Shown piece after piece: positions 1 to 9,088 of a DNA stretch of 64,000 nucleotides. Where the stretch lies: positions 15,144-79,143 of the IMG/VR virus record IMGVR_UViG_3300006735_000023; one strand, given 5' to 3'. How positions within the stretch are numbered: the stretch's first letter is position 1; every line of letters starts with the position of its first letter. Source of the DNA: a virus. The position numbers and the translations under genes were made by a program. The notes beneath the pieces are model-generated. The model made no database searches. It had not been told where the DNA came from and saw only the letters and a list, made by a program, of their open reading frames with translations.

Positions 1-100
1 AAAGATAAATTCATTATGATAAAAGAAAATGAACTACATATAATACCATTAAATAGAGTTTTCTTAGATAATGAATATTTATAATAAAAGAAACAATATT

Positions 101-319
101 ATGAAAAAAGAACTTAAACAAACAAATGATGCACTAAATGAGTTTTTAGGTGATAGAGGGTCAATTAAAAATAACCCAATCATAGACGATTGTGTGGATC
201 AAGAGTGTAAATTAAAGTCAAAAGACGGTTTAATTGAATCGACTAAAGTTATAAATAAAAAAGTCATAGTAGAAGACGGAAGAGAATTACTTAGAGAAGT
301 AACATTTAAGCACGAATAA
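101..319 (+). CDS. Small hypothetical phage protein
   Basis: ORF track 71..319; start moved to ATG 101 because the TATTTATA motif at 76-83 lies in the upstream extension. Confidence 0.7.
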   Translation: MKKELKQTNDALNEFLGDRGSIKNNPIIDDCVDQECKLKSKDGLIESTKVINKKVIVEDGRELLREVTFKHE

Positions 320-320
320 A

Positions 321-1445
321 ATGAAAAAAAGATCACAGTTGAGTGAAGAACTTAAAAGACACCTAGAAATAGTAAATTATACTGATAGTATAGGGAATCA
401 GTTAAATGAAGCATTAAAGGTAACTTTTCAGGAACAAGAACCTGAAGAGGATGAAAATGTAGATATAGTTGATACTGAAGAAGAACCAACTTCACCACAA
501 CCAGAACCAACTCCAGGGGCGGCAAAACCTCCCACACCACCTACACCTCCTACACCAGGAGCAACACCTCCAACACCAGCAGGAGCTACACCACCAAAAC
601 CAGGTGCAACACCTCCTACACCACCAACTGCGACACCACCAAAACCAGGGGCAACTCCTACACCACCTACTCCACCACCACCACCGGCAGAAGTAGAAGA
701 TGAGGTAGAAGAAGTAGATGTAACTGATTTAGTTAATAATCAAGAAGAAGTAGGAGATTCTGTAAATAAATTCGCATCACAATTATCAGATATTGAGTCA
801 AAATTCTCTGAATTATCAGATAGACTTGGAAAGATGGATATGATATTCCAAAAGATAGATGCTATGGAAGATGAAATACAAAAAATGGCACCTGTAACAC
901 CAGTAGAAAAATTAGAACTTAGGTCTTTAGATAGTTTTCCTTATAACCAAAGATTAGATAATTACTTTGAAGATAAAAAAGCGGAGTATAAAAAATTAAG
1001 AGGTATAGACCTAGAACCACAATCAAAAGAGAAAGAGTATACTTTAACCGCTGGTGAGGCAGAAGAATGGGATGATAATGAAATAGGAAATTCATTTAAT
1101 CCTAACTATAACAATCTAAATGAAGCGGTAAGTGAAGGTAAATTAGTACAAGCTTGGGGTGGTTCACCACAAGGGGGTTGTGTTTGTGTTTACGCCATGG
1201 AAGATGGTTCCTATGACCATGTAACAAATCATAATCCTTGTGAATGTACTATGACAGGTAACTGTTGTTCATCATCAAACGCACCAGTAGGGGGAGAACT
1301 TGTAGGAGTCCAACCTTCAAAAGGAAAAGGAGACTTTATGGATATGGCAGCTATGGATTTTACAAATAGTAATACACTTAAAGGAAAAAATCTTAAAGGT
1401 ATGGCTCGAAAAGGAATGAGAGTTAAACCAAGAATGATGAGATAG
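321..1445 (+). CDS. Acidic, Pro-rich coiled-coil protein; possible prohead core/scaffold-like protein
   Basis: Glu-rich, (L/I)xE motifs, P/T/G/A repeat linker, coiled coil, Cys-rich C-terminal extension. Confidence 0.5.
   Translation: MKKRSQLSEELKRHLEIVNYTDSIGNQLNEALKVTFQEQEPEEDENVDIVDTEEEPTSPQPEPTPGAAKPPTPPTPPTPGATPPTPAGATPPKPGATPPTPPTATPPKPGATPTPPTPPPPPAEVEDEVEEVDVTDLVNNQEEVGDSVNKFASQLSDIESKFSELSDRLGKMDMIFQKIDAMEDEIQKMAPVTPVEKLELRSLDSFPYNQRLDNYFEDKKAEYKKLRGIDLEPQSKEKEYTLTAGEAEEWDDNEIGNSFNPNYNNLNEAVSEGKLVQAWGGSPQGGCVCVYAMEDGSYDHVTNHNPCECTMTGNCCSSSNAPVGGELVGVQPSKGKGDFMDMAAMDFTNSNTLKGKNLKGMARKGMRVKPRMMR
495..687 (+). repeat. Degenerate coding tandem repeat (PGATPPTP / ATPPKPG)
   Basis: Repeated acaccacc/ccagg units encoding a Pro-Thr-rich linker. 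Confidence 0.8.
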
Positions 1446-1448
1446 AGT

Positions 1449-1477
1449 TTGACACTTAAAATAAATAATTATAATAT
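1449..1477 (+). promoter_or_regulatory. sigma70-like promoter TTGACA-N17-TAATAT
   Basis: TTGACA 1449-1454, TAATAT 1472-1477 (overlapping TATAAT 1470-1475), intergenic. Confidence 0.5.
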
Positions 1478-1478
1478 T

Positions 1479-1510
1479 AACCCAACCCGAATAGAGTTGG
1501 GTTTTTGTTT
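1479..1510 (+). terminator. Putative rho-independent terminator
   Basis: AACCCAAC (1479-1486) / GTTGGGTT (1496-1503) stem followed by T-rich tract, just after the stop at 1445. Confidence 0.6.
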
Positions 1511-1521
1511 ATATAAACATG

Positions 1522-1550
1522 TTTACTTTGCCGTAAATGTTTTATATATT
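1522..1550 (+). promoter_or_regulatory. sigma70-like promoter TTTACT-N17-TATATT upstream of SSB
   Basis: Motif and 17-nt spacing; the GTTTACT element recurs at about 10911 and 57408. Confidence 0.45.
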
Positions 1551-1598
1551 TAATAAGTAAAAAAAATATTAATTAACTAGTTAAAAAAAAAATTAAAA

Positions 1599-2417
1599 AT
1601 GAGTAACATATTAGATTCAATTCTTAAACAGTATGAGTCCAACAAGTCTGGAACAGGGACCGAAAAAAAGAAGACAGACCTTAGAAAATATTTCGCACCT
1701 TTTTTACCAAAAGGAGAAACAAGCGGAGAAAGAACAGTTAGAATTTTACCTCCTAAAGATGGAGCATCACCATTCCAAGAAGCTTGGTTCCATGAGGTAC
1801 AAATTGATGGTAAATGGCAAAAATTATATGACCCAGGTAAAAATGATAATGAAAGAAGTCCTATTACTGAAGTAAATGAGGCTTTACTAATGACTGGTGA
1901 CCCAGAAGATAAAGTTCTTGCTAGACAATATAGACCAAGAAAGTTTTATGTTGTGAGAGTTATTGATAGAGATAATGAAGCGGATGGAGTAAAGTTCTGG
2001 AGATTCAAACACAACTTCAAAGGAGACGGCATTATGGATAAATTAATACCATTATTCCAAAAGAAAGGAGATATTACGGACCCTAGAGAAGGTAGAGACA
2101 TTAACTTAATTCTAAAAGCAGTTAAATTACCAAGTGGTAATGGTACCTACACAACAGTATCTACAATTATGACAGAAGACCCTTCTATGTTAACTACAGA
2201 CGCAGAAAAAGCTAAAAATTGGATGGCAAATACAGAGACATTTAGAGATGTATATGTTAAAAAAGATGCAGATTTTCTTGAAAAAGTAGCAAAAGGAGAA
2301 AATCCATATGAGAGAAAAGAAGAAGAAACGCCAAAGGCAACTTCATCTGTTAGTAATACTACTATTTCAGAATTAGATAAAGGAACAGAGATTAACATGG
2401 ATGATATGCCATTTTAA
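1599..2417 (+). CDS. T4 gp32-like single-stranded DNA-binding protein
   Basis: VRILPP, PF..WFH, DITDPREGRDI motifs; acidic tail ending DDMPF; adjacent to recombinase. Confidence 0.85.
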   Translation: MSNILDSILKQYESNKSGTGTEKKKTDLRKYFAPFLPKGETSGERTVRILPPKDGASPFQEAWFHEVQIDGKWQKLYDPGKNDNERSPITEVNEALLMTGDPEDKVLARQYRPRKFYVVRVIDRDNEADGVKFWRFKHNFKGDGIMDKLIPLFQKKGDITDPREGRDINLILKAVKLPSGNGTYTTVSTIMTEDPSMLTTDAEKAKNWMANTETFRDVYVKKDADFLEKVAKGENPYERKEEETPKATSSVSNTTISELDKGTEINMDDMPF

Positions 2418-2429
2418 TAATTAAAGACT

Positions 2430-3425
2430 ATGGCAAAAATTAAGAAAAAAACATTCTCATTAGAAGACTTACAAGGTAAGTATAGTACAAAAGCCAAGTA
2501 TAAAGAAGATAGTTTCTTTGATGTTGGTGAAGCATTTTACAAAGCTTGTGGTATCCCAGGACCTGCAGAAGGACATATAAATGTATTTTTAGGTCATTCT
2601 GATACTGGAAAAACCACGGCTTTAGTAAAAGCGGCGGTGGACGCTCAAAAAAAGGGTAAGTTACCAGTTTTTATAATTACTGAACAAAAATGGGACTTTG
2701 AACACGCTAAATTAATGGGATTTGATTGTGACTTAAATGAGAATGGAGAATGGAGTGGAACCTTTTTATTTAATGATGGTTTTTCTTATATTGAACAAAT
2801 CACAGATTATATAAATGAACTTATAGATGAACAACAAAAAGGTAATATCCCATATGATTTAGTTTTCTTTTGGGATTCAGTTGGTTCAGTACCCTGTAAA
2901 ATGACTTTTGAGGGTAAAGGAGGTAAGATGCATAATGCAAGTACTTTAGCGGACAAAATAGGAATGGGAATAAACCAAAGAATTACAGGATCAAGAAAAG
3001 AAGATTCTAAATTTACCAACACTCTTATTATTGTTAACCAACCATGGGTGGAATTACCAGATAACCCATTTAGTCAACCAAGAATTAAGATGAAAGGAGG
3101 AGAAGCAATCTTTCTAAATTCAACACTAGTTTTTTTATTTGGAAATCAGAAGAACAGTGGAACATCAAAAATCAATGCAACTAAAAATGGAAGGAAAGTA
3201 TCTTTTGCAACACGTACAAAAGTATCAATACTTAAAAATCATGTTAATGGTATTGGTTTTTCAGATGGAAGGGTAATTGTAACCCCACATAATTTCATAG
3301 GGGATGACGCCAATGAAATTAAAAAATACAAAGAATCACACTCAAGTTATTGGGTTGAACAATTTGAAAAAGCTGGAGAAAAAGTAGAAGACGACGGCTT
3401 TGAGTTAATAGAAGAAAATGTTTAA
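2430..3425 (+). CDS. uvsX: RecA/UvsX recombinase
   Basis: Walker A GHSDTGKT, Walker B FFWDSVG, IIVNQ, KGGEA motifs. Confidence 0.9.
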   Translation: MAKIKKKTFSLEDLQGKYSTKAKYKEDSFFDVGEAFYKACGIPGPAEGHINVFLGHSDTGKTTALVKAAVDAQKKGKLPVFIITEQKWDFEHAKLMGFDCDLNENGEWSGTFLFNDGFSYIEQITDYINELIDEQQKGNIPYDLVFFWDSVGSVPCKMTFEGKGGKMHNASTLADKIGMGINQRITGSRKEDSKFTNTLIIVNQPWVELPDNPFSQPRIKMKGGEAIFLNSTLVFLFGNQKNSGTSKINATKNGRKVSFATRTKVSILKNHVNGIGFSDGRVIVTPHNFIGDDANEIKKYKESHSSYWVEQFEKAGEKVEDDGFELIEENV

Positions 3426-3443
3426 CCTTTTAATTATGATGAG

Positions 3444-4475
3444 TTGAGACCAAGAAATAAACAAAAAAAATTCGAAACCCTAGTAGTTGATGGAGATGCT
3501 CTATTAAAAAGAGCTTTCTTCGGAGCTAAAAACGTTTTTAATGACAAAAAAGAACATATAGGGGGAATATTCCAATTTCTTAATATACTAAGACGAACAT
3601 TATCTCAAAAACATTACAATAAAGTAGTAGTTTTTTGGGATGGTAGATATGGTAATAGAGCTCGTCGAAAAATCTATCCTAACTATAAAACTAAACGTAG
3701 AAAATCTTCTAGTTATGACGCAGAGTCGTTTCTTAAACAGAAACTAAGGGCTCAACAATATTTAGAAGAGTTATATGTAAGACAATACGTACAGGAAAAT
3801 ATGGAGGCAGACGATTTAATTGCACATTATTGTATAAAAAAGAATGGTAATGAAATAATTACTATCTACACCTCAGATAGGGATATTGTACAATTAGTTA
3901 ATGAGAAAGTTAGAGTATATCTTTTAGATAAGAAAGAATTAATAAAAGAAGATTCAGTTCTAGTCACCAGAGAATTGGAGTATCTTCCTAAAAATGTATG
4001 TTTAATTAAAATGTTAATCGGAGATCCCTCAGATAATATTTTAGGAATTAAAGGATTATCACCTAAAAGATTAGGTGAGTTAGTACCAGAGTTAAAGACT
4101 AGAAAAGTTTCTCTAGAAGAAGTTAAATCACTAGAATATGAGGGGGACAACTGGAGAATAACCAAAGTACTTAATAACATCAAAACAGGAACCAGTAATG
4201 GAGGAGTTTTTGGTGACGAATTATATGAAATAAATAAAAAAATAATTAACTTAAAGGAGCCTTTTATGGATGAAGGGGCTAGGAAAAATGTAGAAGATTT
4301 AGTAAACTTGGAACTAGATCCATCTGGAAGAGATTACAAAAATGTAATTAAAATGATGATAGAGGATGGAATAGTAAATGTAATACCAGCGTCTTATGAA
4401 GATCAGTCTGAATTTTTAATACCTTTTATAACACTAAAAAAAAATGAAACAAAAAATGGAAAAAAAAGTAAGTAA
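3444..4475 (+). CDS. 5'-3' exonuclease / flap endonuclease (T4 RNase H / PolI N-terminal type)
   Basis: LVVDGD, VFWDG, YPNYK, EADDLIA, SDRD, GDPSDNI.GIKG motifs; TTG start. Confidence 0.92.
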   Translation: MRPRNKQKKFETLVVDGDALLKRAFFGAKNVFNDKKEHIGGIFQFLNILRRTLSQKHYNKVVVFWDGRYGNRARRKIYPNYKTKRRKSSSYDAESFLKQKLRAQQYLEELYVRQYVQENMEADDLIAHYCIKKNGNEIITIYTSDRDIVQLVNEKVRVYLLDKKELIKEDSVLVTRELEYLPKNVCLIKMLIGDPSDNILGIKGLSPKRLGELVPELKTRKVSLEEVKSLEYEGDNWRITKVLNNIKTGTSNGGVFGDELYEINKKIINLKEPFMDEGARKNVEDLVNLELDPSGRDYKNVIKMMIEDGIVNVIPASYEDQSEFLIPFITLKKNETKNGKKSK

Positions 4476-4911
4476 ATATAGCGATAAATTTGAGTTTATT
4501 TTAAGAATTAATGAAAACATAGTTTGCCAAAGATATTTTAACATAAGGGGGTATAACAATAATGCGAAAAATTCATTAGAACTTAGATGGGAATTAGACG
4601 ACATTACACAAACAATACAAAGTTATTTGAAGGGACTTAGCGAAGATTTTCTTTGGGCTAATTACAATCCCTTCTCTAATAAAAACTCCGTAGTTAACGA
4701 TAACCAAAAAGAGGGTGAAGACTACTTTACCTTTGAAATACGTGTAGATGGTAAGATAATAATAATCGAAAGATTCACAGCAATGGACTTCCCACCTAAA
4801 GTAAGGTACTCAGTCAATATAAAATCTTTGATACCGAGTATAATTTCAAAGATTCAAAGGTGTTTGAGTAAGAAAAGATACAACAGTGTGGAAAAACATT
4901 ATGGGTATTAA
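4444..4911 (+). CDS. Hypothetical phage protein
   Basis: 155-aa ORF between exonuclease and helicase; true start may be the MEKK ATG. Confidence 0.7.
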   Translation: MKQKMEKKVSKYSDKFEFILRINENIVCQRYFNIRGYNNNAKNSLELRWELDDITQTIQSYLKGLSEDFLWANYNPFSNKNSVVNDNQKEGEDYFTFEIRVDGKIIIIERFTAMDFPPKVRYSVNIKSLIPSIISKIQRCLSKKRYNSVEKHYGY

Positions 4912-4965
4912 AACCAGTAAGATTAAGATAGAGAATATATTTATAGATAAATCAATTATAAAAGA

Positions 4966-6339
4966 ATGACAGATAGAAATTTCGGATATTTAGGGGATAA
5001 ATTCCAATTAAAATTACATTCATTATTAATCGTAGATACCAAATTCGCAGATAATATTGTTGACGCAATAGAACCTACTTATTTTGACGACCAATATTGT
5101 AGATTATTAATGCAATTAATAAAGGAATATTATGGAAAGTATGAGGCAGTACCAACTTATGATGCGTTAGACCAACTCATTAGAATAGAGGTATCAAATG
5201 AAACGGCGAAAGATGTCTTAAAAGACACATTAAAAAAATTAAAAGAACAGGATTTTTCAGACGCCGATTTTACACAACAAACAGCGTTAAAATTTTGTAA
5301 ACAACAGGAAATTAAAAAGGCGATAAGTAATTCTGAAAAAATTATGTCTAGTGGTAATTTTGAAGATTATGATAAAATTGAAGAATTATTTAGAAAGGCA
5401 CTTAGTGTAGGAAATGATAAAGAAGATGGGATTGATGTCTTTAGTGCACTTGAAGAGGTTTTAGCAGATGATTTTAGACACCCAGTTGCCACAGGTATAA
5501 GTGGAATAGATAATATAACAGACGGGGGATTGTCTAAAGGAGAATTAGGAGTAGTTTTAGCACCTTTTGGTGTTGGTAAGTCAACAGTACTTACAAAGTT
5601 CGCAAATACCGCCTATAATCTTGGACATAATGTAGTACAAATAATTTTTGAAGATAACCCAAAGGTTATACAAAGAAAACATATATCATGTTGGACAGGA
5701 ATTGAATTAAATCAGTTATCTGAAAGAAAAGAAGAAGTAAAAGAAAAATTACAAGGTTTCAAAACAGATAGAGGTAAACTTATAATTAAGAAGATGGCTT
5801 CAGATGGTACTACAGTTAATAAGATAAAACATTACATTAGAAAGTTGATAACTCGAGGAGTAAAACCTGATGTTTTATTATTAGATTATATTGATTGTGT
5901 TGTACCTAGTCGACAGTTTACTGATGAATATGCAGGTGAAGGGAATGTAATGAGGGAATTTGAGACCTTAGTTCATGAATTTGATATGGTAGGTTGGACA
6001 GCAGTACAAGGTAATAGAAGCTCAATAGGAGCGGATGTTGTAGAAGCACATCAAATTGGTGGATCAATTAAAAAAGGACAAATAGGACATTTTATTATGT
6101 CTATAGCAAAAACTTTAGAACAAAAAGAAAGTGGTAGAGCAACAATTGCGGTATTAAAATCAAGATTTGGTAAGGATGGTGTAATATTTGAAGATTGTGT
6201 ATTCGATAATGGAAAAGTTCATATCGACACAGATGACCAAGTATCATTCTTAGGATTTGAAGACGTTAAAAAAGAGAAGAAAGCCAACAGAGTTTTGGAT
6301 GCCATTAAAAAAAGGCAAGAAAAGTTAAATAATAATTAA
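4966..6339 (+). CDS. dnaB: DnaB-like replicative helicase (gp41-type)
   Basis: GGLSKGELGVVLAPFGVGKS Walker A, LLDYID Walker B, WTAVQGNR, KSRFG. Confidence 0.93.
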   Translation: MTDRNFGYLGDKFQLKLHSLLIVDTKFADNIVDAIEPTYFDDQYCRLLMQLIKEYYGKYEAVPTYDALDQLIRIEVSNETAKDVLKDTLKKLKEQDFSDADFTQQTALKFCKQQEIKKAISNSEKIMSSGNFEDYDKIEELFRKALSVGNDKEDGIDVFSALEEVLADDFRHPVATGISGIDNITDGGLSKGELGVVLAPFGVGKSTVLTKFANTAYNLGHNVVQIIFEDNPKVIQRKHISCWTGIELNQLSERKEEVKEKLQGFKTDRGKLIIKKMASDGTTVNKIKHYIRKLITRGVKPDVLLLDYIDCVVPSRQFTDEYAGEGNVMREFETLVHEFDMVGWTAVQGNRSSIGADVVEAHQIGGSIKKGQIGHFIMSIAKTLEQKESGRATIAVLKSRFGKDGVIFEDCVFDNGKVHIDTDDQVSFLGFEDVKKEKKANRVLDAIKKRQEKLNNN

Positions 6340-6356
6340 TAAAAATTTAGTAAAAA

Positions 6357-8267
6357 ATGGATGTATCAAATAGAATTTTGTCGGATATTACTGTGTATAT
6401 GAAATATGCCAAATATATTCCGGAATTAAACAGAAGAGAAACATGGGACGAATTAGTTACCAGAAATAAAAATATGCATATTAAACACTATCCTCATTTG
6501 AAGGAAGAAATTGAAGACAAGTACAAGTTTGTATATGATAAAAAAGTTTTACCATCAATGAGAAGTATGCAATTTGGAGGGAAACCAATTGAAATATCTC
6601 CTAATAGAATTTATAATTGTGCTTATATGCCAATTGATAATATAGATTCTTTTAGTGAGTGTATGTTTTTATTATTAGGTGGGACAGGTGTAGGATATTC
6701 GGTACAAAGACATCACGTAGCAAAACTACCAATTATACAAAAACCTTACCCTAAAAAGAAAAGAAGATTCTTAATTGGAGATTCTATTGAAGGTTGGGCA
6801 GATTCTATTAAAGTTCTAATGAAATCATATATGAATGGTGGTGGGAGTAGAGTAGAATTTGATTTTTCTGACATTAGACCAAAAGGAGCTAGATTAATAA
6901 CATCAGGTGGTAAAGCACCAGGACCTCAACCACTAAAAGAATGTTTGGTTAAGATAGAAGGTCTATTAAATCAAAAAGAAAATGGAGAACAACTTACAAC
7001 AATTGAAGTACACGATATTGTCTGTCATATTGCGGACGCAGTCTTGGCCGGTGGTATTCGTAGAGCTGCTCTTATTAGTCTGTTTAGTGCTGACGACGAC
7101 GCAATGATCGGATGTAAAGCCGGTAACTGGTGGGAAGTAAACCCACAACGTGGTAGAGCTAATAACTCAGCTGTTTTAATGAGACACAAAATTACAAAAG
7201 ACTTTTTTATGGACTTATGGAAACGTGTAGAATTATCAGGAGCAGGAGAACCTGGTATATATCTTAATAATGACAAAGACTGGGGAACTAATCCTTGTTG
7301 TGAGATAGCATTAAGACCTTATCAGTTTTGTAACCTTTGTGAGGTTAACGTTTCAAACATAGAATCACAAGAAGACTTAAATGAAAGAGTGAAAGTCGCA
7401 TCATTTATAGGAACATTACAAGCAGGATACACTTCATTTCATTATTTAAGGGATGTCTGGAGAGAAACTACAGAAAAAGATGCTCTTATAGGAGTGTCAA
7501 TGACAGGTATCGGTTCTGGTAAAGTACTTAAATACGACATGTCTAAGGCAGCTAGTTTAGTGAAAAGAGAAAACACTAGAGTATCTAAATTATTAGGGAT
7601 TAACCCAGCGGCTAGAACAACTACAGTTAAACCAGCTGGAACGACATCATTAACATTAGGAACATCTTCTGGTATCCATGCATGGCATAATGATTATTAC
7701 ATTAGAAGAATTAGAGTTGGTAAAAATGAAGCTATATACACATATTTAACAATTAATCACCCAGAATTGGTGGAAGATGAATACTTTAGACCACATGACA
7801 CGGCAGTAATTAGTATACCACAAAAATCACCAGAAGGTTCCATCCTAAGAACAGAATCACCATTCCAACTACTAGAAAGAGTAAAAAAAGTTGCAACTGA
7901 ATGGGTAAATGCTGGACATAGAAAAGGTTCAAATAGTCATAATGTATCGGCAACTATATCATTAAGAGAACATGAATGGGATCCAGCAGGTGAATGGATG
8001 TGGGAGAATAGAAAGTTCTACAATGGTTTATCAGTATTACCTTATAATGGAGGTACTTACAAACAAGCACCATTCGAAGACATTACAAAAGAAAAATATG
8101 AGGAAATGTTAGAATCTCTAACCAATGTTGATCTATCTAATGTTGTTGAATTGGACGACAATACTGATTTATCGGGTGAATTAGCATGTGCAGGAGGAAA
8201 TTGTGAGATCGATGTTGATATGAAATCTATAGAAGAGAAGAAAGAGGTAGAATTAAATGACGCATAA
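6357..8267 (+). CDS. nrdJ: Class II (adenosylcobalamin-dependent) ribonucleotide reductase, monomeric RTPR type
   Basis: RRETW, PSMR, YNCAY, GGTGVGYS, RRAALI, TNPCCEI, TVKPAGT, C-terminal CAGGNC; no beta subunit adjacent. Confidence 0.92.
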   Translation: MDVSNRILSDITVYMKYAKYIPELNRRETWDELVTRNKNMHIKHYPHLKEEIEDKYKFVYDKKVLPSMRSMQFGGKPIEISPNRIYNCAYMPIDNIDSFSECMFLLLGGTGVGYSVQRHHVAKLPIIQKPYPKKKRRFLIGDSIEGWADSIKVLMKSYMNGGGSRVEFDFSDIRPKGARLITSGGKAPGPQPLKECLVKIEGLLNQKENGEQLTTIEVHDIVCHIADAVLAGGIRRAALISLFSADDDAMIGCKAGNWWEVNPQRGRANNSAVLMRHKITKDFFMDLWKRVELSGAGEPGIYLNNDKDWGTNPCCEIALRPYQFCNLCEVNVSNIESQEDLNERVKVASFIGTLQAGYTSFHYLRDVWRETTEKDALIGVSMTGIGSGKVLKYDMSKAASLVKRENTRVSKLLGINPAARTTTVKPAGTTSLTLGTSSGIHAWHNDYYIRRIRVGKNEAIYTYLTINHPELVEDEYFRPHDTAVISIPQKSPEGSILRTESPFQLLERVKKVATEWVNAGHRKGSNSHNVSATISLREHEWDPAGEWMWENRKFYNGLSVLPYNGGTYKQAPFEDITKEKYEEMLESLTNVDLSNVVELDDNTDLSGELACAGGNCEIDVDMKSIEEKKEVELNDA

Positions 8268-8451
8268 ATTTAGTAAGGAAATACTGTATCATTTTAATTG
8301 TGGTAAATGTAATAAATGGTGGTCAATTGCTGACTACCATTTGTTTTCTAATAATGTACCAGAAAATGAAAAAAAGGTACCTATGTTAATAACATGTCCC
8401 CACTGTGGACATAATGAAGAAATAAAAGAAGTGAAAAATGAGGAGAAGTGA
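8257..8451 (+). CDS. Small zinc-ribbon protein
   Basis: CGKC...CPHC. Confidence 0.65.
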   Translation: MTHKFSKEILYHFNCGKCNKWWSIADYHLFSNNVPENEKKVPMLITCPHCGHNEEIKEVKNEEK

Positions 8452-8656
8452 TGATTGGATTAGTGAACTACACTATAAAGAATTTATTAAACCTAAATTA
8501 CAACCCCAAGACTTTTATTGGGATAAGGGTAATATGGTAATGACAGAAGAGTATCATAAAAAAAGAGGAACTTGTTGCGGTAGTGGGTGTAGACACTGTC
8601 CTTTTTCACCACCACACATTAAAATGAATAGAATACTTAGAGACGATATTATATAA
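8438..8656 (+). CDS. DUF5522-like Cys-rich small protein
   Basis: VMTEEYHKKRGTCCGSGCRHCPF signature. Confidence 0.8.
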   Translation: MRRSDDWISELHYKEFIKPKLQPQDFYWDKGNMVMTEEYHKKRGTCCGSGCRHCPFSPPHIKMNRILRDDII

Positions 8657-8683
8657 CAAGTCTTTACAAATTGAATAGAATGA

Positions 8684-8691
8684 TATTTATA
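8684..8691 (+). promoter_or_regulatory. TATTTATA motif, putative late promoter (representative copy)
   Basis: Also at 76, 4938, 10946, 35948, 50654, 54581, 55896, 57433, 57932 and on the minus strand at 60986-60993, each shortly upstream of a start codon. Confidence 0.65.
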
Positions 8692-8705
8692 ATAAAGAAT
8701 TATAT

Positions 8706-9086
8706 ATGGCAGTTAAAACTATTAATATTGACTTTCCTTTTCAAAAATCACCAATTGGTAATTTTTTGAGACTTAATCGTACTTCACAACGTGCGATAAA
8801 GTCAGATTTAATACATTTACTCTTAACAAAAAAAGGGGATAGACTTTATAATAACGAATTCGGATCAGGACTCTATAATTTTCTTTTTGAACAAATAGAT
8901 GAAAAAACAACCTCCGATATTAAATTAGAGTTAAACACTTCCATAGGTAGGTATATACCAAATTTAACTATAAATGAATTAATAATAACTGCAAATGATG
9001 ACGCTAATCATATTAAAGTAAATATAGATTACACCGTTGTAGAAGCTTCTTTTGAGCAAAGTGATAGTATCGAAATTATATTATAA
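8706..9086 (+). CDS. Baseplate wedge protein, gp25/GPW family
   Basis: IKSDLIHLLLTKKGDRLYNNEFGSGL..FLFE signature. Confidence 0.9.
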   Translation: MAVKTINIDFPFQKSPIGNFLRLNRTSQRAIKSDLIHLLLTKKGDRLYNNEFGSGLYNFLFEQIDEKTTSDIKLELNTSIGRYIPNLTINELIITANDDANHIKVNIDYTVVEASFEQSDSIEIIL

Positions 9087-9088
9087 AA

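Noticed and set aside
1-57. 3' end of an upstream CDS (frame 1, TAG at 55-57)
   Set aside because: Only 18 codons visible; too short to support a call
71-100. Upstream starts at 71 (+) and 61020 (-)
   Set aside because: The extensions merely translate the AT-rich TATTTATA promoter region; ATG 101 and ATG 60981 fit better
4966-8267. Inteins or introns in helicase or RNR
   Set aside because: Lengths are normal, motifs are contiguous, and no intein junction or homing-endonuclease motifs were seen
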